Below are positions 11,937 to 24,675 of a stretch of DNA of 43,058 bases, one piece after another (within the stretch, counting starts at the first letter, position 1; the number at the start of each line of letters is the position of its first letter). The DNA comes from Blastocystis sp. subtype 4 (lineage: Eukaryota). Made by a program: the position numbers and the translations under genes. The notes beneath the pieces are model-generated. The model worked only from the letters and a program-made list of their open reading frames with translations, was not told where the DNA came from and made no database searches. The stretch is from assembly GCF_000743755.1 (NCBI RefSeq), contig NW_014569486.1:1-43058 (forward strand). Reading direction: 5' to 3'.

Positions 11937-14505
11937 TCACTTTCCAAGTACTAAATCTGCCATGAAGTAGGTTTGGTTCATCTTTATGTAGATTGTATTC
12001 ACACATCTTCCATCAGAATGAACGTACGAAAACAATATGGACCAGCTTGCGATCTCTCCATATCCCTCAACTTCACAGAGGTAGTAGAATCCACACGACA
12101 TCGGTCACAAAGTTCCAACCAATACACTTCAAAGGCAGGAAGATACTTAGTTGAATGATTCCAGTCCGCTTTCTCATGGAGGAGGGTCATTATATCTTCG
12201 ACAGTCAGAAGTCCATCCCCATCTACATCCATCACTTCAAACCAGAACCGAACACTAGACCCTTCCATTCCATCCTATCCATGATTGATTCAATGATTGA
12301 TTACATTGAAAAGGATATTGAACATCACATATGCCTCATAGTATAACACTTCTTCATTAGGACTACCCATCATTGTATTGATAGCTCCGATAGCTCTATG
12401 AAGACATAATGGGGTGAGTGTATGAACCATCGAACTCATTAATTGCTCGCAACTAACACACAGATAGTGATGTGATGCCAATGATGATGAATTACAAGGA
12501 CTGCAGGAATGATGAGGCAATTGTTGATCCGAATCCAATCCAAGTGCAATCGATTCGAAACGTGTAAAAATTTGCTGAGTGTATGTGGGAGCAAACGGAA
12601 GAATAAGAGTGATTGGCTTGGTATCTAGAAGATCCAAAATATGCATCTATCCTCTTATGATCATGATTCTCCTACTAGATTTGATGACAGAATCTGACTA
12701 CGTCGAATCTTTGTACTTGTAAGTCCAGTAAGATCAAAAAGAATTGCAGCAGCAACTGTTGTGATATAGATACAGCAATGACAACAGAGTTCTTCTTCAC
12801 AAAGAAAATCAGTTTCTTCAACATCATGAATGGATGAGATCGCTTGATGATGGGTTCGGAGGAAATCACACACCATTTGTTTCACCGTTTCATAGGCTAT
12901 TTCATCATTCTCTGTCATCAATCGGAAGAGTCTCTGCTTGTTTGAATATCCTAGCATGAGACTCTCCCAAAACTCGACAAAGGATACTGACCCGACAATA
13001 TCAGGAAAGGCAGTATCAGTAACAAGAAGACATTCATTATTGCACGATTCAGGATATTGAAATTGCTTCATTTCAAGCATTCGGGGATTAGTAGGAGATT
13101 CTGAAAGGATAGAACGACTCTTCGGAGATTGAATCCGTCCGATCGGTTTAAGTACGGATGGGTGGATGAACAAATTGTATTTGCGAAATAGGAAGAGATG
13201 AAGAGCAGAAGGGATACACAGATGCTCCATCAAAAAAACACAAAATTGATGATCCAACATAATTAGTTGTTTCTTACCACAATACTTGCGAAGAATCCTT
13301 AGTTCATCCGTCTGGAGAGCGATCAAATATTCGTAGTTTGTAAGAATTACTGGAGTAATTCCATGACTAGCAAGTTGTTGTCGCAGTCGATCTTGCTCAA
13401 ACTCTAAGCGCCGTTTTTCCTCTGTCATTCCTTCTAAGAGTTCCAGAGTATCTTGATACTGTTTCTGAAGTCGGTTGATACGCTTCTTCTGTTTTTCATC
13501 CTTCTCATGGATACGTAATGACTCAGGAAGACCGTCTTCCAAAGGTTCTCCGTTTCGTCCTTTGGGAGAAAATAGAGCCATTTGATTGTGGTAGATGGTT
13601 CGATACATGCGATTCTCCTTAATCACTCGTTGTAGTCGGAGACGAAGAACATCTGTTCTCACGGGCTTAGCTCTACTTTTCATTGGATCACTCCTTTTCT
13701 ACAGATATTCGGCCGCTCCATCCAAAAGACACTTTTCTATCTATGGAATTGTTTAGGTTCTTTCACCTACATTATCCTTATCTGTTGATGCAGAGAGGAT
13801 AATGACTGGAATGAGAAAAAGACGAGGGTCATTCTTCATGACTTGCATCATTTCCCACCCACTCATTTCCGGCATAACTAAATCTACTAAGGCCACTGCA
13901 TACTACATCTCATCTCATTCTTGGATCCTACATCACTATCGACATGCAGTTGCGATAACGCTTCCTTTGCTGAGGAATAACAGTCAGCAACATATCCACA
14001 CTTTGAAAGGATCAATCTACTGTTAATTATTGATCGAATCCTACTTCAACGAGGAGAGAGTGGCGAAGGAGTCATCGACACACAACACTCGCTTGCTTTC
14101 TCCACTCTCATTCACCGACGATTTGGGAGACTCCAGTCGATCCACAATTTGTGATAAGAGTCGGAGAGAAGGTGGGTCGACCATCAGTTCATATTGAAAC
14201 ACATGTTTCTGTTGTTCAAAGAATCGACGGTACTTTTCCTTGCATACGAGAAGGAGAGTTGTCTGATACATCAAAGGATCAAGGGACATGGAAGTGATCA
14301 GCTGGATCCACGAAGTATCGTAACAGTGGGCATTTACACACACAAGAGAACACGAATTTTCTCGACAATACTGCAGAGTCTCAGTGATCGTCTGAGAAAG
14401 CAGAGTCACATATCCACGGGAGGCGAAAAAAGAACGCAGAGCAGAGGCAATAGATGCTGTGAAATTACAACAGATGATAATCTTCTCTCTCTCAGCTTCA
14501 CTCAT
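11937..14505 (-). CDS. Tandem receiver-domain / coiled-coil / PP2A B''-type regulatory subunit fusion, spliced
   Basis: Removing 28-30 nt GT-AG introns joins ORFs 14041-14505, 12661-13683, 12290-12646 and 11999-12268 in frame. Receiver: RVLCVDD..VDLVMPEMSG..IPVIILSA..GAAEYLAKP. B'': YITTV, KIRRSQILSSNL, SVRFWFEVMDVDGDGLL. The last exon is uncertain. Confidence 0.8.
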
Positions 14506-14676
14506 CTCTAATAGTCTCGTTACGAGAAAAGTATTTCCAATGCCCCATTCGGAGGATTGAAAATCAGGGATAATGATAGCGAAGGAAAACTACCATGGTG
14601 TTTTCACAAAGCATTTTGGATAAACGCTTTCTTTTTCCTTTTTGCTGAATAGCAAGTGTGTTTTGTGTCAGAAACA

Positions 14677-15842
14677 ATGGAGTCTATGATAGAACCACCA
14701 TTGGTGTCTTCTCTTGCTAGTCGCCCCCCAGGTGCTACTTTCTCCCCTCATAACAGTGAGAGGCAGTTTCCATCCATCGTACCATTCATTTGGTTTCTAC
14801 TGAAGATCTAGATGACTCCGCATTGTTCACGGGTAACTATTCATGGAGTACCGGCTACAATGTCTGACAACGATGTTTTTGATTATATTTCTCAGTTTTT
14901 CCCCATTATAAGCGCAGGTGTTCTACGTGATACAGAAACAGGTGATGGTTGTTGGAATTATGTCTCTCTTCTCATATCTATAGGTAGTTGTATCGTAACA
15001 GTCGAAACTGAGAAATGTGGTGAGTTTAGTAGTTTTGTGAATAATGAGTTGCATTTCCCGAGAGTAGCTTTGTCCTGGCCCTTTTATACTAGATGAGTCG
15101 AAAGACACCTCCCTTGACGAATCGAAGCGTCTCTCCTATCTCAATCCATCCGACGTCTATGTCGCGTGATTTTGGGATCAGTGATCATGTCTTTCAAAGT
15201 GATTCTCCCTTTTACTCTCATTCCTTGTATCATGTTCTTTTGTATTGTCTTTTTTACATCTAGTTACCTTCAGATGGTCCATTTCAGTCTACCTTTCTTG
15301 CCAACGATCCCTTGGAGTTGAGGCAACCATCTGAAGGCTCAAGTCCTCTCACTCCGAGTCGTCGCCCTCTTACACCACGCGACGTTCTTGTTCGCTCGGA
15401 TTCAGATTTCTCTCCGATTCAGAAATCCTTTAGCGATATCGAGTCTAGCGCCTCCTTCTCCTCTCGTCCTTCCTTCCTCTCGGCTACAGCTATTCCATTC
15501 GTTCACAGTGATTTCTCTCCTCGTGATCTGCACTATCACTCGCATTCTAGTCTGGAACCTCCGCGTTCCCATCGTGAAGGGCCTCCTGGAGCTAATCTAT
15601 TTGTGTATCATCTACCACAGAGTCTGGTGGATGCGGATTTGGAGACAATCTTCTCTCCATTTGGCACTATCCTTAGTGCGAAAGTCTATATTGATAAGAT
15701 CAGTGGTGAGTCCAAAGGATTTGGGTTTGTGAGTTTTGCATCGTGTCAAGCTGCTGAAGCAGCTATTGTGAGTATGAGTGGATTCCAGATCGGAACGAAA
15801 CGGCTGAAAGTGCAACACAAAAAGGAAAAAAGTCGCCTGTAG
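14677..15842 (+). CDS. CELF/Bruno-like RNA-binding protein, spliced
   Basis: C-terminal [47 protein letters not shown] and a divergent N-terminal RRM. Confidence 0.85.
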
Positions 15843-16006
15843 AGATGGAAGGGAGCAATCATATGTAGTCCTGTTAGTCGGAGAATAGAGTTCCAGTCTG
15901 CTAATTACAGTGGTTTCTAATCTTCTGTAGTTACTATTTTGTCAGTGTTGCTTACAGAAATGTGAAGAGTTGCATTCTTGATTGCATGTATCACCACAAA
16001 CAGACC

Positions 16007-16304
16007 ATAGGAAATCTTCTTTGTTATATCCTGATGGGTTGAACACACTCTATACTGAAGGAGCGAACGACACTCTACCGGATCAAATTGCGTTCCATTT
16101 CCATCAATCCCAAAATACTCTACCGTCTGTTGCAAGAGCTTGGGATTCTGGAAATTCTTGTTCTCTTTCATCTTCTCCACAAACGACAAGTTGTTGGAAC
16201 GGTAGTACTCTAAATCCTCTTTTAGACTCTGCTCCACTTGCTCTTGTTTCTATATCCTTATTCGACGACAATCACCCAATTACACTTATATCTTGATTCG
16301 ACAT
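16007..16304 (-). CDS. SAP30BP/HCNGP-like protein, spliced; stop probably created by poly(A)
   Basis: NKNFQNPKLLQQTVEYFGIDGNGTQFDPSVFNPSGY matches the recalled HCNGP core. TGTTTGTG lies at 16002-15995. Confidence 0.75.
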
Positions 16305-16425
16305 TATGGTTCTGATGGTCTCTACCCAACAATAGCGTTGGACTTTTGCTTGGATAATTTGGTATCAGAATGGAAATTTGTTTCTGTCTTCACAACAAAC
16401 ACAGCATGGCAATAGCAGAAGAAGA

Positions 16426-16854
16426 CTAGTTAAGCTTCTCAAGTTCCTTGATACGGTTAATAATGTCAACCTTATTGACATCAAGGACTTCTCCGGCAAC
16501 AATATAGTTGTCCATAATCTCGTATACCTTGTAGAAGTAGAAAATAATGTCCATTTCACACACACTCTTGAAATACATGTCCAGAGTTTCCACAAGGAAG
16601 TGGATTGTCTCGAGTGTTAATAGCTCGTTATCTTCCATGTCAACGGCCACTGTAAAGAACAATCCAGCATAACGGCGCGTGATCAGTTTATATGTACTGA
16701 ATTCAATGAAGTTCGTAACCTTGCTATCTCTTGCAGCCACCAGCTTGTGAATCTCGTTTTCGAGACGAGCTTGTTCTTCAAACTCCACAGGAATGTACCA
16801 CTTGGAAAGACGCGTCTTTCCCTGTCTATTCTGAAGCAATAGATAACGAATCAT
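16426..16854 (-). CDS. AP2S1: AP-2 adaptor complex sigma subunit (intronless)
   Basis: [46 protein letters not shown]; 142 aa. Confidence 0.9.
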   Translation of the reverse strand: MIRYLLLQNRQGKTRLSKWYIPVEFEEQARLENEIHKLVAARDSKVTNFIEFSTYKLITRRYAGLFFTVAVDMEDNELLTLETIHFLVETLDMYFKSVCEMDIIFYFYKVYEIMDNYIVAGEVLDVNKVDIINRIKELEKLN

Positions 16855-17069
16855 TGTACAGTTAGCTCGAAATGGATGAGAATCATCTCTGAAAAGAGAT
16901 TCATGATTATGAATATGTCCCACACTATTCACTCTTTTCACTCAGAGAATCGCAAAAGACGCTCAAATGTATTACCACACATCTATATCCATCCATCCAT
17001 CTCCTAGTTCACGATACTTTCACATAATAAGTTCTGCTTTCATAACTCATTGAAAGTTAGAAACACTTG

Positions 17070-19956
17070 ATGAGCTCGTCTCCAAACGATCAAATTGAAA
17101 AGGATCGTCAGGATGTCGAAGAATTCAATCGACGTCTACTTGAGAAAGATACACAGAAGTCGTCTTCAAATTCGTTGGATACTGTAGACGATGCGTCCAA
17201 GCGATTGACAGCGCAACAGAAACGTGAATTGGTTCCAGAGCTGCGAGAGCTTTCGCGACAGGTGTATTTAGAGAAGAGACAGAAGAAGCAAATCGAATTG
17301 CTGCAGAGGGAGCTAGAAGACGAGCAGATGGTCTTTGATGAACATGACCTCACTGAAAATGAGCAGAAAGATCGTGAACAGAAAAGAGTTGCATTTAGGA
17401 GAGTGGATAATCCATAGAGAGTCTTGGAATTGGCAACGAAGAGGAAGCACGTTGATGATGAATTGCCCGTCTATGTAATGCCAACTTCTGGCCAAGTGGA
17501 AATTGTATTGATCAATAACGTTTAGATGGTCGATGGTCATGAGGTTTTGAATCGGGATATGAAGGGTATAGAGCAGCGTTATGTTCCTGAGAAGAAGCGT
17601 GAAAGCGATCAGGATGGCTGGGAACGTAATCAAATCGAAATGACAAAGCATCAAGCTGGAGCTGAAGATCGTCATGTCCAAGGAAGTGATTATGAGATGG
17701 TTCCAATCGACGATATTGAGTTCGTGGAGTCCCTGGTTCAGCAGGGGTACAACATTGAGCAGTTACTGGCGGAGAATAAGGCTCGTGACGAGGCTCTGTC
17801 GCATGCCCAATCGGAGTTTGAGAAGATTCAGATCCAACGTGCCTCACTTCCTGTCGCTCGTTGTCGTGAGCAGATCTTGGAGTATGTAGCCAAGTACAAC
17901 ATTATCATTGTGGAAGCTGAGACTGGATCTGGTAAGACGACCCAGATTCCACAGTTCTTGTATGAAGCTGGATACTGTAAGAAGGGAATGATAGGTTGTA
18001 CTCAACCTCGACGTGTTGCTTGTATGGAAGTGTCTGCCCGTGTGGCTAAGGAGATGGGCGTGAAGTTAGGTAATGAAGTAGGTTACAGTGTTCGTTTTGA
18101 GAACAAAACGAATGATCGAACAGTCATTAAGTACTTGACAGATGGTATGCTGTTACGTGAGTTCTTAACTGAACCTGATCTTTCCAGCTATAGTGTGATG
18201 ATGATTGATGAAGCCCATGAACGGAGTCTTCATACGGATATCCTTCTTGGTCTTATCAAAGATGTGAGTCGAGCACGAGATGACCTAAAAATTATCATTT
18301 CTTCTGCTACCATGGATAGTGAGAAGTTTAGTAACTTCTTTGATGAGGCTCCTATTCTCAGTGTTGGTGTCTCTTGTATTTATTGAGGTGTAGATTGAGG
18401 GCCGTCGATTTAATGTCACTACTCATTATCTCAAAGCTCCGGAGAATGACTATATTGAAGCTTGTATTGTCTCCATTCTCCAGATTCACGTCTCACAGCC
18501 TCTCCCAGGTGATATTCTTGTTTTCCTCACAGGTCAGCAGGATATCGAAGCTGTTCAGGAAGGATTATTACAACGAACTCGAGCACTTGGACGGAAGATT
18601 AAGGAACTGCTCGTTTTACCTCTCTATTCGTCTTTACCTATAAAGGAACAGCAATTGGTATGAGAAGTCTAATGGACTGAAGAATAGTGTTTCCAGCCAA
18701 CACCTGAGAATGTGCGTAAAGTGGTACTTGCTACGAATGTGGCTGAAACCTCCCTGACAATTGATAATATCTGTTATGTTGTGGATTCTGGCCTATGTAA
18801 ACAGAACAGTTTCAATCCTCGTTCAGGGATGGATAGTCTGATTGTGACCCCTATCTCGAAAGTAATCGATTCTACTTCTCTGTGATTGTAGGCAGCTGCA
18901 ATGCAACGTGAAGGTCGTGCTGGACGAACACGAGATGGCCATTGTTTCCGTCTTTACACAGAGTATACGTTTGAACATGAACTGCCTGAATTCACTATTC
19001 CTGAGATTCAACGTACTAATCTAGCTTCAGTTGTCTTGATGCTGAAATGCATTGGTATTTCGGATATTTTGCATTTCGAGATTCTTGATCCTCCTCCTGT
19101 TGAATCGATCATGCGAGCTATGGAACATCTCTATGCATTAGGATCTTTGAATGATGAGGGAGAATTAACGAAACTTGGACGGAAAATGGCTGAATTCCCG
19201 TGTGATCCTACAATGAGTAAGTGTATTGTAGCAAGCGAGAAGTATGGCTGTGTGAGTGATATTCTCACAGTTTGTTCCATGTTAGATGTGAATAACAGTG
19301 TCTTCTATCGGTCAGATTCATTGGTGAATGTAATGATTAGACCCAAAGCTCAAGCCATTCATGCAGACAATGCACACCAATCCTTCAGTCAAGGAAGTTA
19401 TGGTGATCACTATACTCTATTAGTTGTGTACAATCAATGGAAAGAGTCGAATTATGATGAGGCCTGGTGTTATGATAACTTTGTGCAGTATCGATCAATG
19501 GTACGTGCTCGAGATGTGAGAGACCAACTCGAGGGACTGTGCGATCGAGTGGAGATAGACTACAAGAATGATAAGCCAGCTGACGATACTCGTAACGAAC
19601 GTGTTCGCAAGGCTCTTTGTGAGGGGTTCTTCTATAATATTTGTCGATTGCAGAAATCGGGCGAATATCAGTATGCAATAGGGGTAGATGTGAATGGATA
19701 GTACTGTGAAGAAGCCGAAAGTGGTAGCGATTCATCCTTCTTCGTGTCTCTTCAAATTGGAGAATCCACCGATGTTTGTGCTGTATAGATATGAATGGAT
19801 TGTTAGTGTAGATTCCAAGAACTGGTGTTTACAACACGAGAATACATTCGGATTGTAAGCGAGATTGATATCAAGTGGTTGAAGGAGATTGCTCCTCACT
19901 ACTACAATAGTAATGACTTAGCAGAGGAGAAGAAAATGCCTAAAATTAAGGGATGA
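17070..19956 (+). CDS. DHX16: Spliceosomal DEAH helicase Prp2/DHX16, spliced
   Basis: [17 protein letters not shown]-terminal motif, [51 protein letters not shown]. Confidence 0.92.
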
Positions 19957-20014
19957 TTGTTATTTAGTTCTGTGTTTGTTCATTAGACGATTGGTAGTAT
20001 GTATAAAGGTATTG

Positions 20015-22130
20015 TCAAGAGCCTTTAGATGGGTTCTCACTATCAAGAAATTCGTCCTTATGTCCTCTATCGTAATATAACAGTTGTTTTCAGAGTATCA
20101 GTTTGGGATGGCCCAAATAGAATTAGACATTGTCATCAATAGAATGACTCTTTATCCCCCATATCTCTTTTTATTGCCATTAATCGCTTCAGAGGAGGTA
20201 AGGAATAGTGATTGATTGTAGTGGGATTGCAAGACACACTCTATAGCGCTCTGTGGGTGGAGCGATGTGATTTTCTCTCTTGCGACAAAGGTTCATATCC
20301 AATAATCCCTGTTGATTCAATGAAACATGGACATCAAGTATGACATAGTGTAGACGATTCCTGTCTTATCCGACTGGTTCTCGTTTGTTTCTATCAAACA
20401 ATTGTAGTCATTAGATATCATAAGTGGACTAAAAGGTATAATCGGGAAGTTGTTACTCTGAGTACACTCTTGTATTACCTTATGGATGCCCGCTACACAT
20501 CTTTCCAGTTCTGCATATTTAGTTGTGTCTGAGTAGTTCGTTTTGCTGAATGTCATCTGATTTGTGATCGCTTTCAATCGATTCTCATATTCACAACGCC
20601 AGTACTGTGGTACAGTCGGCTGTTTCAGTAACGTCTGACATTTCCCAATCCACTCTTCGATTATTTGTCTCTTCTTTCGTTGGGCAACCAACAGACTCTC
20701 TCGTTGCTGGAGAGCATCATATTTCTGTTGAAGATTTCCGTGTTCCAAAGTGAAGTTCTGTAAGGAGGTTAAGTTAAGATCGCTCACATCGACAGTTACA
20801 TGCTGTTCTTTAGGAAAGCTCTGTTGAAAGCTATGAATGCAACAGCCTCTACACAAATCCTCCTCCATGCTTCCTGTAAACCTAGTATTCACTTGAAGAA
20901 CTATGGTTACTTCATCACGACTGGAGGAGATCGTTTCGAGAGCAAATCCTGAATGACATCACGAATGAACACAAGTCGAGCTGTACTTCCTTCCAGCAGT
21001 ACGACTGAAGTCTCTGGACTCTTTTCAAGACATGTATTGCATAATTTCAGAATTGCATCAACAATGGTGTTACAACAGTTCTTAAACTCGTCACGTGTAA
21101 TTAAGATAACACAGTCTTCATCTTCGCATTGTATTCTCAGTTCACATCGATCTAAACCGTCAGGTGTGAACAGTTTCTTGCATGCTTCACATTGAGCAGC
21201 CACATCCGCTCTCCACCGTTGACTCTCCTTTGTCACATCGACTCCTTCATTTTGCAATTTCTTGTATACCATTTGGAGGAGACTCTCGTCAACTTGCCGA
21301 CCGCAGCACTCTGTTGAGGACTCACAGGTAGTAACTCGAAGGGAGTGTTCCCTGAAGACAGTTGTGAATGCAGTAGTGTGAGAGTAACCAATATCCACAA
21401 ACAAAACAGTGTTGGAATATGAGTCATTCCAGTGTAACTCATGGTAGTAGCCGTACTGAAGAGAAATGGCTTGGGCTTCATAGAGAAGTTGATAGTCCTC
21501 ATATCCAGCAGTTCGGAGAATCAAGTGGAACAGTTGGATTTGATTCGATTTCCAATACATTGGTACCTACAAAAGTGATCCCACACCATCACACAAACTG
21601 CAATGCATGTATTCTTTCCCGAATAATCGGGAATCACACGTCGAATCACGTTCTGAACTTCGTGAAGAATAATCGCTGCTGCTACGGGCGCATTCATTTG
21701 TTCCGTAATATCTCCATTAACATTATAACGGAAAGAAACATAGTTATTGTCTCCTTTCAGTAATGATGCATAACAATCAATCTTCTCATTCACATGACCA
21801 TCAAATGGAACTCCTAGATACTGTTTAACAAAGCCAACGACACTTTGTGGATTGCGTTTTAACTAATTGTCGAATAACCCAAGAAAACATACAATTTGAG
21901 ATGCCTGGTCACAGACTAGAAGCTGTTCTTTTGAATACCCTAGAATGGGCCTATTTGTTAGCGAACTGTTGAATCAGTTACATTATTCTTCGATCCTTTT
22001 GATAGCAGTTGAGGATTGTTTTCATTGTAGATAAGGCACTATCTGTATCCCTTCCGTTTATCATACAACAGTATATCGAATGACATCCAAAATCAATTCC
22101 AATATATATACTACTCGCTTCTGATGTCAT
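20015..22130 (-). CDS. Divergent Hsp70/Hsp110-like protein, spliced
   Basis: YIGIDFG, RNPQSVVGFVKQYLG, TVLFVDIGYSHT, CEACKKLF, LLEGSTARLVFI, LCRGCC. The 3' end is approximate. Confidence 0.7.
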
Positions 22131-22195
22131 TATGCCAGTACAATATGTATTGAGTGAATAAAAATGAATGGACAAACAATAACAAAACTAAATGA

Positions 22196-23460
22196 CTATG
22201 CCTTTTCCTTCTCTTTTGCTTCTAATTCACTCCATGAAGGAGCATTGTCAAACACTTCCTGTAGACTCACAGCTGGTTTGCGTGGTCGAGACACTCGTTT
22301 CGTTTCTTCACACACTGTCCAACCTGTAAAGTAGGCAATATCAAATGTTGCGATAATCCCTCCATTCTTTGAAGGATATAATTTCTACGTGATTAATGTC
22401 TTGTACAACAATTACCTTGTATAGTTCATTGGCTTCTTTTAACGTTACTCGAGAAATCAGATTACGACGTTCTAGCATTGCGTTGTTCTCTCCCATTCCC
22501 TTCCAATCAGTAGTTGGTAAATCCCATACCTGAAGATGATGCATCAACTGAAGAATATCGCGATATTCCACTGTAATGGGATGAGACTGGACCGACGTGA
22601 TGATAAACCCTGCTTCCTTCCTGTAAAGCGTAATTCAAATCCATACTACCAAAGCATCGCCAATGGCTCCCGGAGTGGGAAGAGGGGATGTATGTGGTGC
22701 AAGAACTCCCTCTACTTTCATATCTGTCTTTTCCAATACAGTTCGCAGTTCCTTCAACGTATTACAGGCAAACATAGCTCCGGTGAAAAAACCGTCAGGA
22801 ATCAACACCCGATATACCTCACGAAATGCCTGTAGAATATCATTAGTCCAGTGAAGGAAGAAAGGAGATACGACCAAATTGGCTGTATGGTATAAATGAA
22901 GGAAGTCGATGAAACAAAAAGAATGGATATGTTCTTAAACGGCAAAAACTCTTCATTTACTTGGATGTAGTATTTCTCAACTAGACATTAGAACAAAGAT
23001 ACATCTGTACTTTCGGGATCAGACAAAGAGGAATTATTGGACCGACACAGTTTTAACATCTCAACTACACTAACAGCAAAGAAGCTTGATTACAGGACGA
23101 ATCACATTCATAAATCGTTTTAACTCCTCCACGTCCTCTCAGATTGCATGCAAATTGACCATCCCAGCAACCCAAATCAATAGTAACAGGAAACTTGCGG
23201 TTGATATCCTAAATGATCATAAATATATCTAAAAATGACAAGCAACCGATCAGTGATCTCCTCTGTTACATCCTTGCGGAAATAGGAATAGTCCTTCATA
23301 TCGGAGCGCAATGCCACTTGATTTCGGTGTGCAATCACAGCATCTACATGCTCATAACAGGATATCATTCGTTACCTCGATCAAACACCTCCTGTTTAGA
23401 AGAAAAGAAACGAAGAAATGAAAATCGTAATGGAATTCGATTTCTACACAAATGGAGCAT
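22196..23460 (-). CDS. NDUFAF5: Complex I assembly factor NDUFAF5 (SAM-methyltransferase fold) with organellar presequence, spliced
   Basis: Arg-rich presequence MLHLCRNRIPLRFSFLRFFSS, VFDR, LHWTND, LIPDGFFTGAMF..TLKELR, HTSP, LMHHLQ/GMGENNA. Confidence 0.9.
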
Positions 23461-23490
23461 GGAAACAGTCTCTACGAAGAGAACTTGAAG

Positions 23491-24626
23491 ATGTCAGAAA
23501 AAGGCACGGTTTTGGCAACAATCATTCAAAGTTCACTCTCAATGCAGTAGTGATTCAATCAATGTCATTGACTCTGTAGAGGAGATCCACTGGCAAGAAA
23601 GGCAGATCAAGTCTATGTAAGCGATCTCGATTCGGATAACCATGTAGTCTACTCTATTGCAACAGAAGGATCAGATGAAATCTGTATTTCGAAATCTCGA
23701 TAGGGATGGGGATTCTCGATTGAACAAAGCAGAGTTCCGATCTCTTCTAAATCAATGTTCCATTCCAATGACAGAACGGGGTAGGTGATCGATAGATGTG
23801 GATCATTCCAAGAATTCGAGTACTTTTTTACCACAAATCAAATTTCAGGATATGTGGATTATTCGCACCTTCGTCAACTAATGAACTCTCACACTTCAAA
23901 TTCTGTGGGTAATGTTGTTTATTCTCACTGTAGACTAATTGGAATGACTCAATCCTCAATGAAAGCACGATGGCCTCATCTTCAAATGAGTACGATCGCA
24001 TGATGCTGCGACTAGGTGAGGTCAAAACTCAGTCGAATCCATATATGAATCCATACAACCACTCGCGACCGCAGAATATTTCTAGGATTGAAAGTTCTTT
24101 TGTGGAGGAGAATCCTGCCTTTACAACTTCGATATTTCGTACAGGACATCTCCTTCGTCCAGTGCAACAATCAGAACAGGAAGCGGAAATTGCATCCATT
24201 ACTAAAGAATTGCTAGATTGTATGGATATATAGGATACTAATAACTAGATGACTTTCGGACCAATATTCAATTCGTCCATAAACATGTCATTCTACAATC
24301 GCCTATTCCTTTTCAAGATAGTATCTATGTTATCTTACTTTGATATAGGTACAATTCAAACATTGATCGTGGGTCTGCAACAAGAATTAAGAACCATTGC
24401 TAGTCTTCGCTATTCTTCGGTATATCCTATTACAGATACAACAAATGAGTACAAATGTGTACTACAGCTTCTATGGCAGACTTCTGGCCAACAAGAGATG
24501 TACTTGGGTCGAGAGGCTTGGAAACGGTTATGTGAGCGCTATGTTCGTACTGTTGGCATGACATGCAAGTGGATGGTGGACATCCATCCTGATTTCTATA
24601 AAGACAGGTTTCTTGTGTACAAATAA
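23491..24626 (+). CDS. EF-hand-containing hypothetical protein, spliced
   Basis: VFRNLDRDGDSRLNKAEF EF-hand after splicing, continuing through ORFs 23970-24233 and 24249-24626. Confidence 0.6.
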
Positions 24627-24651
24627 TGTGTTTGATACAAACAGGAACTTA

Positions 24652-24669
24652 TGGTATTGAGAAATACCA
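24652..24669 (-). promoter_or_regulatory. Histone 3' stem-loop (H3)
   Basis: TGGTATT-TCTC-AATACCA, 6 nt after the stop codon. Confidence 0.7.
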
Positions 24670-24675
24670 GTGTGT

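Noticed and set aside
13640..14100. Bacterial contamination as the source of the receiver domain
   Set aside because: The domain is interrupted by four host-type tiny introns and is in frame with a eukaryotic B''-like region.
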